DNA of 32,000 bases from Candidatus Saccharimonadota bacterium (GCA_004563595.2 CP042461.1:480001-512000); one strand, 5' to 3'. Shown: positions 1-11,580, counted from the stretch's first letter. Notes: a model not told the origin generated them from the sequence alone. Numbers and translations: made by a program.

Positions 1-1256
1 CAGTATTTTTAGTCCCTCTTATTTACTTTGTTCTTACATTAAAAGATACAACGAAAAATACCTTATTTAAAATGAACTTAGTATTTGCTTCATTTTATAC
101 TTTTCTTTGGACTATATCAGCATTTGGAATTGTTTGGTACGGAATCACCATGTATTTCAATTTCTTATTAATGATTGCTATAGGTTTGTACTATCTGTCA
201 TGTTACAAAGAAACTGATAGCGAAAAAGAAAAGCAAGTAAAAATGTTTGGATCAATTATAGCATTTTTAATTATAGTTATATATATATTTAATTCAGTTT
301 TTCCTCATAGTTTTAACAATTTGAAATCTGCTTCCTATAAAGAATACAAGCTTGGTGATCTCACAACAGCTGAAGCATCATACCTATACCATCCAGAGTA
401 TTTACCAATTCTTTTTGAGTTGAATATTGCTGAAGATAAAAGAAAGGACTTCATAAAAAGTAAATTAAAACCCTCTACTATTATTGGCGTAAAATGAATT
501 GAAGACTTTGATATAGTAACATTGACTCAAATCTTGAGACAATTATCAAATTTAAAAAACGAATTATCAAATGATGCATATAGTTCATTACAAGATATAT
601 ATTCTGGTATCTCAAATCCAAAAGAAGAATTCAAAAATAAAAAATGAATTTATAGAATAGGAACTTTTCTTAAATACCATATATCTGAAAATAATGTAAG
701 ATTATTAGAGGATTCTCTTGTAACACAATTTGATAATTATATTTATACTTGAAATATTGATACTACAGTTGATAACATTAAGAAACTTTGACTTTGATAC
801 CTACTGGTAGATTTAAATGCTCCAACTATTGATAGAGATCCTCGTCACGCTTTAACAACAAGGTATGAGAAGTTGTTGAGTATTTTTACTTCAGAAAATC
901 TAGAGTTAGTAGAAACAGATAGCATATGTTTGAAAATTGCACTTGAATCTTATGGTAATTCAGAGAAACAGAGCAAAGACTTAACTCGTTATTATAATTT
1001 GGCTTGAGTGAACTATGAAAGCTATACAGATGAATGAAAAATAGTAAGGAGATGAGATAAACAAATTTTATGTTATAGTTATATATATAGACTTATAGCG
1101 GAAGATAAAGTAGATAGTAATAATTATTCATATTTATTAGGACTTAAAGCTCTAATAGATATGAATAAAGATACATTAAATAATGATAATGCTATTTTAC
1201 AATTTCTACACTCAAAAATACCTGCAGGGTATAAAGTTTTATTTAAAGTGAAATAA
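1..1256 (+). CDS. Integral membrane protein, C-terminal part (5' end outside window); function unknown
   Basis: The frame is open from the left edge (codons start at 3, 6, ...) to TAA at 1254-1256 when TGA is read as a sense codon. The track ORF 72-497 is only a fragment cut at TGA 495-497. The N-terminal part is hydrophobic (e.g. FASFYTFLWTISAFGIVWYGITMYFNFLLMIAIGLYYL), followed by a soluble domain of about 250 aa. I recognised no family motif. Confidence 0.7.
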
Positions 1257-1290
1257 AAAAAACTCTCAAATTATTTGAGAGTTTTTTTTA
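1255..1290. terminator. Bidirectional intrinsic terminator shared by convergent genes
   Basis: The sequence is an A-run, then stem AACTCTCAAA (1261-1270) pairing with TTTGAGAGTT (1274-1283), then a T-run. It lies between the + gene stop (1254-1256) and overlaps the - gene stop (1271-1273). Confidence 0.7.
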
Positions 1291-2038
1291 TTATTGATGA
1301 CTTGTATTGATCTTCTTTATATGGTTGGATTCTAATTATTTCTGTTTTTAACTTCTTTTCTTTGATGTACTCAGTCAGTTCACTTGAAAATCAGACTTGA
1401 TCATATCAGAGACATACCACTTTTGGGTTGTAAAGTTTTAGCCACAACATAGGATGCCCTCATTGTCATAAATATACACAGTCTGAAATTCATAAATCAT
1501 GGATATCTTTTACTCTTTCTTTTTCACTACGAATAGGAGTCTTTCCTTTAAACTTAATTACATTTGCGTCTGTTGCCACTATAGTAATAAGTACATTTCA
1601 GTATTTTTTTGATTCTTCCAAAAAATATCTATGTCATGGATGGACTAGATCATATGTACCAAAAGTTAAAACATAATCTTTATGCCTTTTTACGAGTTCT
1701 ACATCTTTTTGTATTTGAGCTCTTAATTCATCTGTTGAATTAAATTTTTTATTTTCTCGTAGTTTCTTTAGAAGAACGATATCAACCTCTTTGCCATATA
1801 TGTCTTTGTTAAAGTCTATGATATAAGATTCAAATGTTCATTTTGCTTTTAAATATGCTCATACTCATAAGTATGTATTATACTCTCAAGAGTCTCCAGA
1901 TTTATAAATGATCACATTCACTTTGTAGGTTCATTCCTCTACATGCGAATCAAGTAATTCAATATTTGCTGTTGGAAATCATAATTTCCTTCCAAGTGAT
2001 AATCATTTTATCACGGTTCCTTTAATTATTTCTACCAT
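1271..2038 (-). CDS. Fusion protein: N-terminal riboflavin kinase domain plus C-terminal cytidylyltransferase-like (RibL/FMN adenylyltransferase-like) domain
   Basis: Code-25 translation gives 255 aa. The N-terminus MVEIIKGTVIKGLSLGRKLGFPTANI...DFNKDIYGKEVDIVLLKKLRENKKFNSTDELRAQIQKD matches the RibF flavokinase domain pattern. The C-terminus LTFGTYDLVHPGHRYFLEESKKYG...TIVATD matches the GxFDxxHxGH nucleotidyltransferase signature. ATG 2038-2036 lies 1 nt after the ribH stop. Confidence 0.75.
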
Positions 2039-2039
2039 T

Positions 2040-2492
2040 TTACAGTTGATTATATTGCTTCAACGTCTTGAGTCATGACATTGCATATGTGTTTGTGATT
2101 CTTTCTATAACTTGCTCTTCAGTATAACATGTTAAAATCCCATTCATGATAGGGGTATTATATTTCATAGATATATTCATAATTCCTCTTGCAGATTCTG
2201 CACATACATAATCAAAATGAGGAGTACCTCATTTTATAACTACTCATAAACAGAGAACTAATGCTATATCATTTGATTGAGAGAGTAATTTATTTGCAAA
2301 GCCTGGTATCTCAAGAGCTCAGGGTACTTTATATGTTTCTATATTTTCAAACCCATTTTCTACAAGGAATTTTTTATTTTCCCATTCGAGGTCAAGAGTA
2401 AAATTTTCATTAAATTCAGATGTTATAATAACAATTTTACTTTGTTTATCTAGATCAGAGAAATCTTCATTTTTTAGTTTATATTCAGACAT
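2040..2492 (-). CDS. ribH: 6,7-dimethyl-8-ribityllumazine synthase
   Basis: 150 aa. Motifs seen are ...YKVPGALEIPGFANKL...[27 protein letters not shown]...PIMNGILT, with several of these Gly residues encoded by TGA. Length (453 nt) is in frame from ATG 2492 to TAA 2042-2040. Confidence 0.9.
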
Positions 2493-2500
2493 TGGTTTAT

Positions 2501-3085
2501 TTAGGAGTTAGAGTGTATTTTATTAATATATTTTCAAATCATATCAAATTCAAGGTTTACTATATCTCAAGTTTTGAGTAATCATAGATTTGTTATTTCC
2601 TGGGTAAGTGGGATGATTGAGACTGACAAGAAGTCTTTTCAGTCATCAACTATAGTAAGACTTACTCCATTAATTGTGATACTTCATTTATTAATGATAA
2701 GGTTTACATGTTTTTCATCAAACGCAACATGGATTATTTTTGAAGCATCATTTTTTGTGTCGAGTTTTTTTATGATTCATGTAGTATCTACATGTCATGT
2801 GACAAAGTGTCAATCAAGAGAGTCTGATAACTTTAAACTTCATTCAATATTGAAATAATCTCAGATTTTTTTATGTGAAAAATTTGTTTTATTTATAGAT
2901 TCTTCCATTACAAAGAAGCTATATTTTTCATTACTTATTTCTGTTATTGTCATACATGCTCAATCATGAGCAACACTATCTCATATTTTTAAATTATTAT
3001 CATTATTAAATATATTTTCAACTGTAAAGACTCATTTATTTATTCAGAGTATTTTTGTCTTATCTTTTATTATTCCCGAAAACAT
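2501..3085 (-). CDS. ribE: Riboflavin synthase alpha chain
   Basis: 194 aa: MFSGIIKDKTKI...GDSVAHDGACMTITE...SLDGHFVTGHVDTTG...KGSITINGVSLTIV...SVSIIPLTQEITNL...GDIVNLEFD. This is the typical two-repeat riboflavin synthase pattern. The 585 nt are in frame. Confidence 0.9.
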
Positions 3086-3142
3086 TAAGATAATCTTAAG
3101 TATTAAATTGTTTGATTCATTATACTCGTCTTATAATAAAAT

Positions 3143-3163
3143 AAAAGCTAATTTTCAGCTTTT
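3143..3163 (-). terminator. Hairpin downstream of the HD-hydrolase gene
   Basis: AAAAGCT (3143-3149) pairs with AGCTTTT (3157-3163) around a 7-nt loop. The flank on the - strand is T-rich. It sits immediately after the stop at 3167-3169. Confidence 0.5.
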
Positions 3164-3166
3164 ATT

Positions 3167-4108
3167 TTATGCAGCCTTTAATTTAGATGACTGTACTAAA
3201 TTGGTAGAATGAGAGAGAATATTATTTACTAAATGTTTTGTTTCTTGACTCACAAATAAAGCATTTTTTATTGATCGTATTGTCCTTATCTTTAAATTTC
3301 TATTTGTAATAAGCTTGTTGATCTGTTTTATCATTATTAAGCAGATTGGGAGATTTCTTTGCCTTGCTACTGGTAAAAAATAATTTATGGTATGATTAAT
3401 TACTTCGGTTACTTTATCATTTGAATATCACTCTAAAGTTGCTAAATTATCTACCCTATCAATAAGCTTTGGAAATAATTCATCATCATCTAGTTCTATC
3501 ATTCCTCAAAAATACTCTCTATCTCTTAACTTTTTTGCATGATGCTTTATGTTTTTGCTAATTCATTTATTTGTCTCAAGTTCATCTCAGGAAATGATGA
3601 TTTGTTTTAATTTTTCTGATTCTTCTTCATAAGTATATTTGGAATTGAGCCTTTTTAATAGGTTATCTCTTTGTACTTTTCTTTTATTTATATATGATTT
3701 TTCTTGTGATGATAAATATTTATTATCTATATCGTAAATATAATCCTTCCAATCTTTTTTACTGAGATGTTGTACTCAGTCGGCAATATCTTCTCAAAAA
3801 AGTTTATTTATAAAATCATGTTCTATATCTGTATTTTCAATAACATCATGGAGAAGAGCAATTATAATTTGTTTTATATTTACGCCTTCAAAGTTTGAAA
3901 GTAATAAGGCCACTCTTTTAGGATGGTCAAAGTACGGAGTTCCATCTTTTCTTTTTTCTGAGTTATGAGCTTTATATGCTAAAAAGTATACGTCTTTTAT
4001 TTTTCTTTTTTCTTCAGCTGATATAGTGAGTCATGATTTTTTTTCGATTTCATTTAAAAAACTATCTACTTCTTTTTCAAGAGTAGTATAGTCTAAAAAT
4101 AATTCCAT
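3167..4108 (-). CDS. HD-domain protein resembling the RelA/SpoT (p)ppGpp hydrolase domain (hydrolase-only, small-alarmone-hydrolase-like) with an extra C-terminal region
   Basis: 313 aa. The segment ...AYKAHNSEKRKDGTPYFDHPKRVALLLSNF...IIIALLHDVIENT matches the SpoT hydrolase HD pattern (YxxHPxxVA...LLHDxxEDT). An alternative in-frame ATG exists at 4135 but would overlap the tgt terminator. Confidence 0.7.
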
Positions 4109-4133
4109 TTGATGTCCCAATCAAGATGTCTCC

Positions 4134-4166
4134 ATAAAAAAATGAAAGGTATTAAGGCCTTTCATT
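4134..4166 (-). terminator. Intrinsic terminator after tgt
   Basis: Stem AATGAAAGG (4141-4149) pairs with CCTTTCATT (4158-4166). On the - strand the hairpin is followed by a run of T (forward A-run 4136-4140). It starts 5 nt after the tgt stop. Confidence 0.65.
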
Positions 4167-4170
4167 ATAA

Positions 4171-5334
4171 TTATAGCTGGTATTTTGTCCAGAAGTTTTT
4201 TCTATATTCTTCAAATTTATTTTCAAGTATAGCTTTTCTTGCATTTTTTGCGAGATGAATAAGGAAATGCAGGTTATGATAACTCATAAGTTGCATTCAT
4301 AGGATCTCATTTTCTAATATAAGATGCCTTAAATATCACCTGGAGTAATCTTTACATACCCTACATTTACATTCGTCATCTATAGGAGACGGATCTAGTT
4401 TATGTTTAAGATTTTTTATTTTAATACTTCAGTATGTTCAAAAAGCAACTCAATGCCTTCAGAGTCTTGTTGGTAATACGCAATCAAACATATCGATTCA
4501 TCTACTTATTCATTCTATAAGGTCTTCTGGAGTTCAAACTCACATCAAATATCTTGGTTTTTTTTCTGGAAGATTATCTTTCATGATATCAAGTACTCTA
4601 TACATGTCTTCTTTTGATTCTCAGACTGAAAGTCCTCATATAGCAACTCAGTGAGTATCTAGTTTTCAGATAAATTCTGCTGATTCTTTCCTGAGGTCAT
4701 CATAGGTAACTCACTGAACAATAGGGAAGAGGGCTTGTTCCTGGAGACCTTCTTGTTTTCTGAGTACATTATTTTTTTCTACTTGATCAAGACTTCTAAT
4801 AGCCCACCTATGTGTTCTATTCATAGCTGCTTTTGCATACTCATGTGTACTTTCTCATGGAGCACATTCATCAAATGCCATTATGATATCTGCTCAGATA
4901 TTTGACTGAATATTCATTACTTTTTCTGGAGTGAAAAAATGTTTTGAACCATCAATAAAACTTTTAAAATGGACTCAATCTTCAGTAATCTTTACTAAAC
5001 TTTCTTTATTTTTATATCCTCAGGTTGAAGTTTGTCAGAGAGAAAATACCTGGAATCATCCACTATCAGTAAGAAGTGGCTTATTGTAATTCATAAATTT
5101 ATGGGCTCCTCAAAAATGTTTTACCACCTCATCTCAAGGTCTGAGGTATAGATGATAAGTATTATTTAAAATAATATCTGCTCACATAGATTCTAGATCT
5201 TCATTTGTAATTCATTTTACGGTTGCTTTTGTTCCAACAGGCATAAATACGGGTGTCTCTATATTTCCGTGAGGAGTAGAAAAAGTACCGGCTCTTGCAT
5301 ATCAATCAGTGTTTTTTAGGTTGAATTTGAACAT
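4171..5334 (-). CDS. tgt: Queuine tRNA-ribosyltransferase (tRNA-guanine transglycosylase)
   Basis: 387 aa: ...[29 protein letters not shown]...GADIILNNTYHLYLRPG...LLTDSGGFQVFSL...MAFDEC...GVAIGGLSVGE...PRYLMGVGTPEDL...GIDMFDCVLPTRLGRHG...CKCRVC. These are classic Tgt motifs. The 1164 nt are in frame. Confidence 0.92.
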
Positions 5335-5391
5335 TTATATCTCTTTAACAATTATTTGCCAAATTATATGAAATTAAAATAAATATCAAAT

Positions 5392-5423
5392 AAAAAACTC
5401 CTTGTGTGACGAGGGAGTTTTTT
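5392..5423 (-). terminator. Intrinsic terminator after the HD-domain gene
   Basis: AAAAAACTCCTT (5392-5403) pairs with AGGGAGTTTTTT (5412-5423), including one G-U pair, around loop 5404-5411. On the - strand a T-run follows. It overlaps the stop at 5422-5424. Confidence 0.65.
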
Positions 5424-6057
5424 ATATTTTTTCATTTTCAAGTTCTTCAAGCATTTTTTCTAAATTTCTTTTATTGAGGGCTTTTTTTTCATCTCTTTCG
5501 TTTTTTTGGGTTCTTGTGTAGTATTTATGTTCTGCAAGGAAATTTATTGATCCATGTTGCCAGTCTGGTTCAAGGATTTTTATATGTTTCATTTCTTCAA
5601 TTTCTTGTTTTAGCTTTTGAGCTCTATCTAAAAAATCTTCTCTTCAGAGATTATCTAAATCAGCATCTTTGATTATTTCTTCATATTTATTTCTCGGAGC
5701 TTTAAAATTTGGATCTGTTGCTAAAATCATTTCACTTATAGTATGGATTTTTTCCTCACTATATAACATGCTTTTTAAATAATTTTGTGCAATCTTAGCT
5801 CCTATGTATTCATTATTATCATATTGAATAGTGAACCCCGTATCATGAAAGAGGGCAGCAATTGCAACCATTTCTATTTCCTCATCAGAAAGTCATTCTT
5901 GAATTCATAGATATACAGATCTTTCCATTACTTCAAGAGCATGATTATATTGATGGTAATAATGTCATTCTAGAGGGCTTAATAATTGATTTACATAATC
6001 GAGAGCTCTTTTGATGTTTCTTCTCTCTTTTATTTCTTGGCATTTATTTGTAATCAT
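5422..6057 (-). CDS. HD-domain metal-dependent phosphohydrolase
   Basis: 211 aa. It contains ...YHQYNHALEVMERS...EMVAIAALFHDTGF...DADLDNLG (H...HD...D signature). It extends the track ORF 5644-5871 in the same frame through TGA codons. Confidence 0.75.
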
Positions 6058-6076
6058 ATTTCGGAGTTATACAGAA

Positions 6077-7396
6077 TTAACTAACAAGTTTCATAATATC
6101 ATTATAAGCTATTAATAAACTTAATGCAATTAAAAAGATGAAAAATAATACATGAATAAGGTTTTCAATATTTGCATTAATAGCTTTTCTTCAAAATAGT
6201 TTTTCTATGATTCCATTAAGGGTAATGAATATAAATCTTCATCAATCTAACGCGGGGATAGGGAGGAGATTAAATACTCATAGATTGATACTAATAATTG
6301 CTGATAGTATCAGTATAAAAGTGAATCCAGCAGACATAGAGTTTGTAATGAAATCTACGATTCATATTGGTCAACTTACTTGTTCAATAGCTTCAGATCT
6401 TTCCTTTGGAGTTTCGGGGTTAAAAATTTTTTTAATAAGGATTCCTAAACCCTGAAATGTTAACATTGATTGGTTATATGTTTCTATAGATCAGTATTTG
6501 ATAGAGTCTAAAAGAGAGTATTTATACTTAAATTCTTTATTTATAGTTACATTTTCTGATAAATATGATCAGATTTTTCCTCTGAGAGATGGTGTGATTT
6601 GTAATGTTTTTTCTCATGATTCACTATTTATGAGAATGATTTCTATTTCTTCTAATGCATTTTTTTTGACTATATCAATAGTCATTTCTATAGAGTTAAT
6701 TTCTTCTCCATTCATACTTATGAGTATATCTCAGTTACTAATTCATGCGGTATCTGCAATACTTCATTCTTCTGGATAGAGAATTATTCAGGGGTTTTTT
6801 ATTAGTAAGCCACTCTCAAGTGCTTGCTGATAGTTTGGAATTATCTTTATATCACGATCAGTTTCTATTTTTGTGTTTACTCAAATAGGTTTTACTCAAA
6901 CAAAGAATAGTATGCTAAATATGAGAGTAGCAAGTACAAAATTCATGAAGACTCAAGCTAAAATTATGATAGCTTGTTGCCATGCAGGTTTATTACATAA
7001 GTTATAATCAGCAGAATTTTCTTCTAATTTTTTTAATATTTGGGTTTTACTTGTTTTTCAAAGTTCTTTTCATTCTTTATCAAAAACAGGAAGATCTTTT
7101 TTGAGGTCTTTTTCAAGATCTATATTATTATATATCGTTCATGTTTTATCAAACACATAAAATGTACTTGGGGATTCTCCTGTCAATTTTACAAAACCTC
7201 CAAGAGGGAACCAGTTGAGACTAAACAGAGTTCATTTTTTATCTGTAAAGATTTTTTTTGCTCTTGGTGGTATTCCTAAACCAAATTCTTCTACTCTGAC
7301 TCAGAAAAAACGAGCAGTAGAAAAATGTCATAATTCATGGATTATGACAATAATAGAGAAAATAAGAATGGATACTATTATTCAGATGAAAATCAT
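6077..7396 (-). CDS. rseP: Site-2 (RIP) zinc metalloprotease, M50 family
   Basis: 439 aa: MIFIGIIVSILIFSIIVIIHELGHF..., where the Gly of HELGH is TGA at 7328-7330. There is a central PDZ-like segment (GDILISMNGEEINS) and a C-terminal INLGVFNLLPIPALDGGR motif. The 1320 nt are in frame. Confidence 0.88.
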
Positions 7397-7476
7397 GTTT
7401 GTTTTTATTATAAAATTCTAGGCTTATTCTATTGAACAGGAGAGATTTGTAAAATTTTTTGTAGAATAATTTATTT

Positions 7477-7505
7477 TTGCATTTTTGTTGAAAAACTGCT
7501 ATAAT
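7477..7505 (+). promoter_or_regulatory. Candidate sigma70-type promoter for the 1335-aa gene
   Basis: TTGCAT (7477-7482), a 17-nt spacer, then TATAAT (7500-7505). This is 29 nt upstream of ATG 7534. An AAAGGA purine tract lies at 7523-7528. Confidence 0.5.
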
Positions 7506-7533
7506 TTAATGGATTATATTTTAAAGGATATTT

Positions 7534-10500
7534 ATGGCTAATAATACTCCAGAAAGTTGAGTAGATGAGGGAAATGAGAAAATAAGTAAAAAAAATATAG
7601 ATAAAAGAAAAACATTTATTAACAATTATTTTAATAGCTTAGACCCAAAAGAAAAGTTCACTTTTTTGGATTCTTTTAAAAACGAAAAATATGTTAATTG
7701 AAACATTAAGTCTGGTTTTGAATTATATTTAATCAAGAATAAAGATAAATACATTTGAATAGATATTAGTGAGATATCTATAATTGATTTGAAAAAAATC
7801 TTGGCTCGTGATATATCAGAGTTGTCTTGAAAGAGGCTTGGTTTAAAAAAACACTTGATGAGTGAATATGATAACTTAGATGAAAGAACCCTTATTTGAG
7901 AGATTGAGAAAAAAGATATAAATGAATTGACGGAACTTATAAAAAATAAAAAAATGAGGCATGAATTTTTGTGACCATTTTTTGAAAAGAACAAGTGAAT
8001 AGAAGAATCAATCAAAGTAAGCTTTTTTGATAAATTAGACTTTAGTGAACAAGAAAAGCAAAAAATTCTAGAACTAGACGAACAAAATCAAGGGAGTATT
8101 TTACCTATCTTAAAGGAACTTAATGGGAGAAATAAAGCTATTTCATTATGAAGTACTGATGTAAATGCATTCGTTGATTTGTTAAAATTAGATTTTTTAG
8201 ATATTGATTTTAAAAAACAAGTTATATCTGATTTTTTACCTATTGTATCTATTTACGATGCTAAAAATATAGGTATTTTAACCGTAAAAGACGTAGATAA
8301 AGAAAAAAGAAAAAAAATTGAGGAAAGTTATGATAGGAGCTATATTCATGATGTTTGATTACAAAACTTAGTAGATTCTTTAAAAGAAGAATCCAATTAT
8401 ATAGATACAAAAGATTATTTAAGTGCTGAAAATGTTACTAAAATTATTGATCAAAATTTTTTGTCTAGAAAAATTGTAGAAAATTTTTCTGATAGTTTTA
8501 ATAATTCTTTGGATATTATAAAAAACAGAGTTTTAGAGACTTGACCTCAAAATATAAATGAACTTATAGTTTGATTAGAACAAATAAATACAAATCAAAG
8601 ATTTAAATGACTAGAAAAATTTAGAAAGGGTAATGTTATAAAATATATTACAAAAGATAAAGAAGGTAATCAGCAAATTTCATATTTAAAAATAGTATCA
8701 GAAAATGAAGAAAAGAAAGCATTCTGAACAAGGCCTATTTGACAATGAAATAAGATCTGAAAGAATAATAATTCTGCTTTAACGGTTAAAACATATTTTG
8801 AATTTTTAGATATTTTAAAAGAGCCATCAATTGAGCTGGAGTTTTTTACTACAAAAGAAATAGATGAACAAATAAAAGATCCAACGAATGCTTTAGAAAA
8901 TATAGGTTTCGAATTGTATACTCTAGATGATTTAGAAGATCTAAATCATAGAAAAGCTTTAGAAAAAAAATACGTAGAAAAATTAAAATGAGAAATAGAA
9001 GATTTAGAAAAAAAATGAGAAATGAGTTGAAAAGATGACGAGTCAAAAAAGCTTTTAGCACAATATAAAAGAAGATTAGAATTGTTATGAACTGAATCAA
9101 ATAATGAAAAATTTCTCAATTTTATTAATCTCCAAAAGTTAATAAAATCATTAGATTGACTAGATCCAGAATGAAAAAAGTATGGTTTTGAAAAGGGGAC
9201 TTTTATTGAAACAAAAGAGGGGTCTTTTGAGGTTACTTGAATAGATGAAGAAAAGTCAGAAATAAGACTCAGTTCGATAGCTTGAGAAGAGAGTCTTCCT
9301 TTTTCTATATTTTTGGATTCATTTGAACAAAATAATGCATACAGAGTAAAAAATATAGATAATTTCGAGACTCTTATTCAAGGAGAGAAAGGTGATAATA
9401 AAAAATGGGAAAATCACGAGTTTATAGATGGGAAATTTATCGCAAAATCTGTTCAGGATTGATCAAAAAAGGTAGATAAAACAGTAAAGTACTTAACTTC
9501 AACTAAAAGTGATACTGTGTTAGAAATTTGTTCAATTAATTGAAATAACGTAGCTGTAAAAGTTTGATCAAGAAAAAATATATGAGACTTAGAGGATGAT
9601 GAGAAAAAGAAGTATAAAAAGGATGAAAAATGAGAAATTTTATATATTAAGTGAGCTGATAAAAAGACTATAAGTCTCAATGAGCTTTCTCAATTTATCA
9701 AAAAAGAAGAACTAGATCCAAATTGGAAAACAGGGAAAACTCATGAGCCAGAGGCAGTTAAAGATTTACATGAAGATATAAAATGAAGCTTCTCAAGTAG
9801 GTTATTTAGCCGTATTTCCATTGCAGAAGCTCTTGCATGATGAAAAATGATGTTTGATTCCCTTGAAGAAACATTAAAAAAATGAAATGACCTACATGCT
9901 GCTAAAGTTGCTCTTGGTATGTGAAAGTTTTTACCAGAAGAAATAAGAGCTGAGCTGGAAATAAAAGTTGAGAGAGCAGAAGGGGATGAAATGGATAAAG
10001 AGTTAGAATGACTTGGTAAAGTTGATTCACCAATAGCAACCAAAAGAATACTTGGGTGGCTAAAAAATAGTGATACTCCTGAAGCGAAAAAAGAAGCATG
10101 ACTTATGTTTATGCTGTCTAAGTACTGAGTACTCTATGCTAAAAAATTAGAAGAATACAGGGGTGAATTTTTATGGTACCAAGCTTTTGGTTGAAGAATT
10201 GGAGATGAGTTATATTTAGAGATCAAAGCACAAGCTGAAGAATCAGATGTAACATTTTCTGAAGAAACACTGATGCATATATTAGTTAATAGGCAATGTA
10301 AAAATAAATTAAAACCGAAAAGAAGATCAAGATTACATAAAGAGTATGAATGAAAATGGAAAGGTTGAATCGATGAAGAGTTTGAAAAATGATACAAAGA
10401 TGCGAATAATAAAAGAACGGCAACAGATATGGTAAGGTGAGGGATGGAAGAAGCAGTTGATGGAACTATTCCTAACGCTATTTGATGGTTTAAAAAAGCA

Positions 10501-11541
10501 ATAGAAAGATGAGGAACTTTAGAGGAAATGAGTGAATGATTTTTCTCTCTTCTGTATTCATGAGCATTATATAATGTAGATCAAGCAACTTTTTTGAAAA
10601 TTAAAGGGTTATGGGATGGTGAATGAATGCCACTTATAATGACAAGATTCTCAACAAAAAAATCAGATATGGTTCTTTTTAATAAAGTAGTTCTTGACGT
10701 ATCTTTAAGGATGCAGGATATTTACCCTGAACTTGATGGGATTTGAAAAGCTGCACAATCACTTTTTAATAGAGCTCAAAAATGAGATGGAAAAGAATGA
10801 GATAGAATTAAAGAAACTCAGAATTTTTGGAAAAAATATGGAACTCCTCTTTCTAGAGCATTAAACTTTTCTAATAATGATGATCCAACGTATGCCAAAA
10901 CTGATAAACTCATTTTTCTAGAACAAGATAAAAATAAGAATTTTAAAAAATACTATGAAGATGTTCAATGATTTACCACTGAATGAACGTTTAAAAAAGA
11001 TTTTATGGATGATGCTTGTTGAGTAGTTGGTTTAACTTGATTAAATACAAATCAGTTGGCAAAGCAATACTTAAAATTAAGTCCATGATGACAATTGATC
11101 GAGGAAAGTGTCGGGGCAAAAGTCTGGACAGAATTTATGAAAGATATAGACTCCATTCCTATGAAAGACTTTCACGAAGATGGGGATAAAAATTTAGAGC
11201 AAAAAAGAAGATATTTACAAAAATTTTTGAGAGATCTTTTTTCAGCATTTCTATCTAACCATGCTTGAAATGCGTTATCTTATTATAATAAATCTACTTC
11301 AGAAATTGGTCAAGTATTGCAATATTGGAGTGTTGATTTAATGAGAGATCTTGATGGAATGTCCTCATCTGACATATCAGAAGGAAAGAAGTGAACAGAG
11401 CTTATAAATAGAGTAATTAATAAAATCCTTAGCTGAAGCACTTCTGGTTGACCCTCTTTTCAGAACCCATTAGATAAAGTGATATCATGATCTAAGCAAG
11501 CTGCTAATGATGCTATGGTTGATCCATTAATGGTAGCTTAA
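7534..11541 (+). CDS. Large (1335 aa) hypothetical protein with no recognisable domain
   Basis: One uninterrupted code-25 frame runs from ATG 7534 to TAA 11539-11541 (4005 nt apart, in frame) and contains dozens of in-frame TGA codons. It has its own promoter-like element and a strong terminator. The N-terminus MANNTPESGVDEGNEK shows no signal peptide. The protein is rich in Lys/Glu/Asp/Asn. Confidence 0.8.
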
Positions 11542-11547
11542 CAAAAA

Positions 11548-11580
11548 ATAAACCCTGAAAAGGGTTTATTTTTTGTTTTT
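11548..11580. terminator. Bidirectional intrinsic terminator
   Basis: ATAAACCCT (11548-11556), GAAA loop, then AGGGTTTAT (11561-11569), followed by TTTTTTGTTTTT and preceded by an A-run. It is shared by the convergent 1335-aa gene and the pilin-like gene, whose stop at 11566-11568 lies inside the stem. Confidence 0.75.

Noticed and set aside
3086-3142. An FMN riboswitch upstream of the rib cluster.
   Set aside because: Only 57 nt of AT-rich sequence lie between the ribE start and the upstream terminator. That is too short for the aptamer, and the conserved G-rich FMN aptamer segments are absent. A TATAAT box (- strand, 3119-3124) is all that is visible.
7407-7436. A possible rseP promoter on the - strand (TTCAAT-18-TATAAT, forward 7431-7436 and 7407-7412) that would imply a nearly leaderless mRNA. 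A similar weak candidate for tgt has its -10 box at 5363-5368.
   Set aside because: In DNA this AT-rich, TATAAT-like hexamers occur by chance. The -35 elements and spacings are poor, so I did not list them as features.
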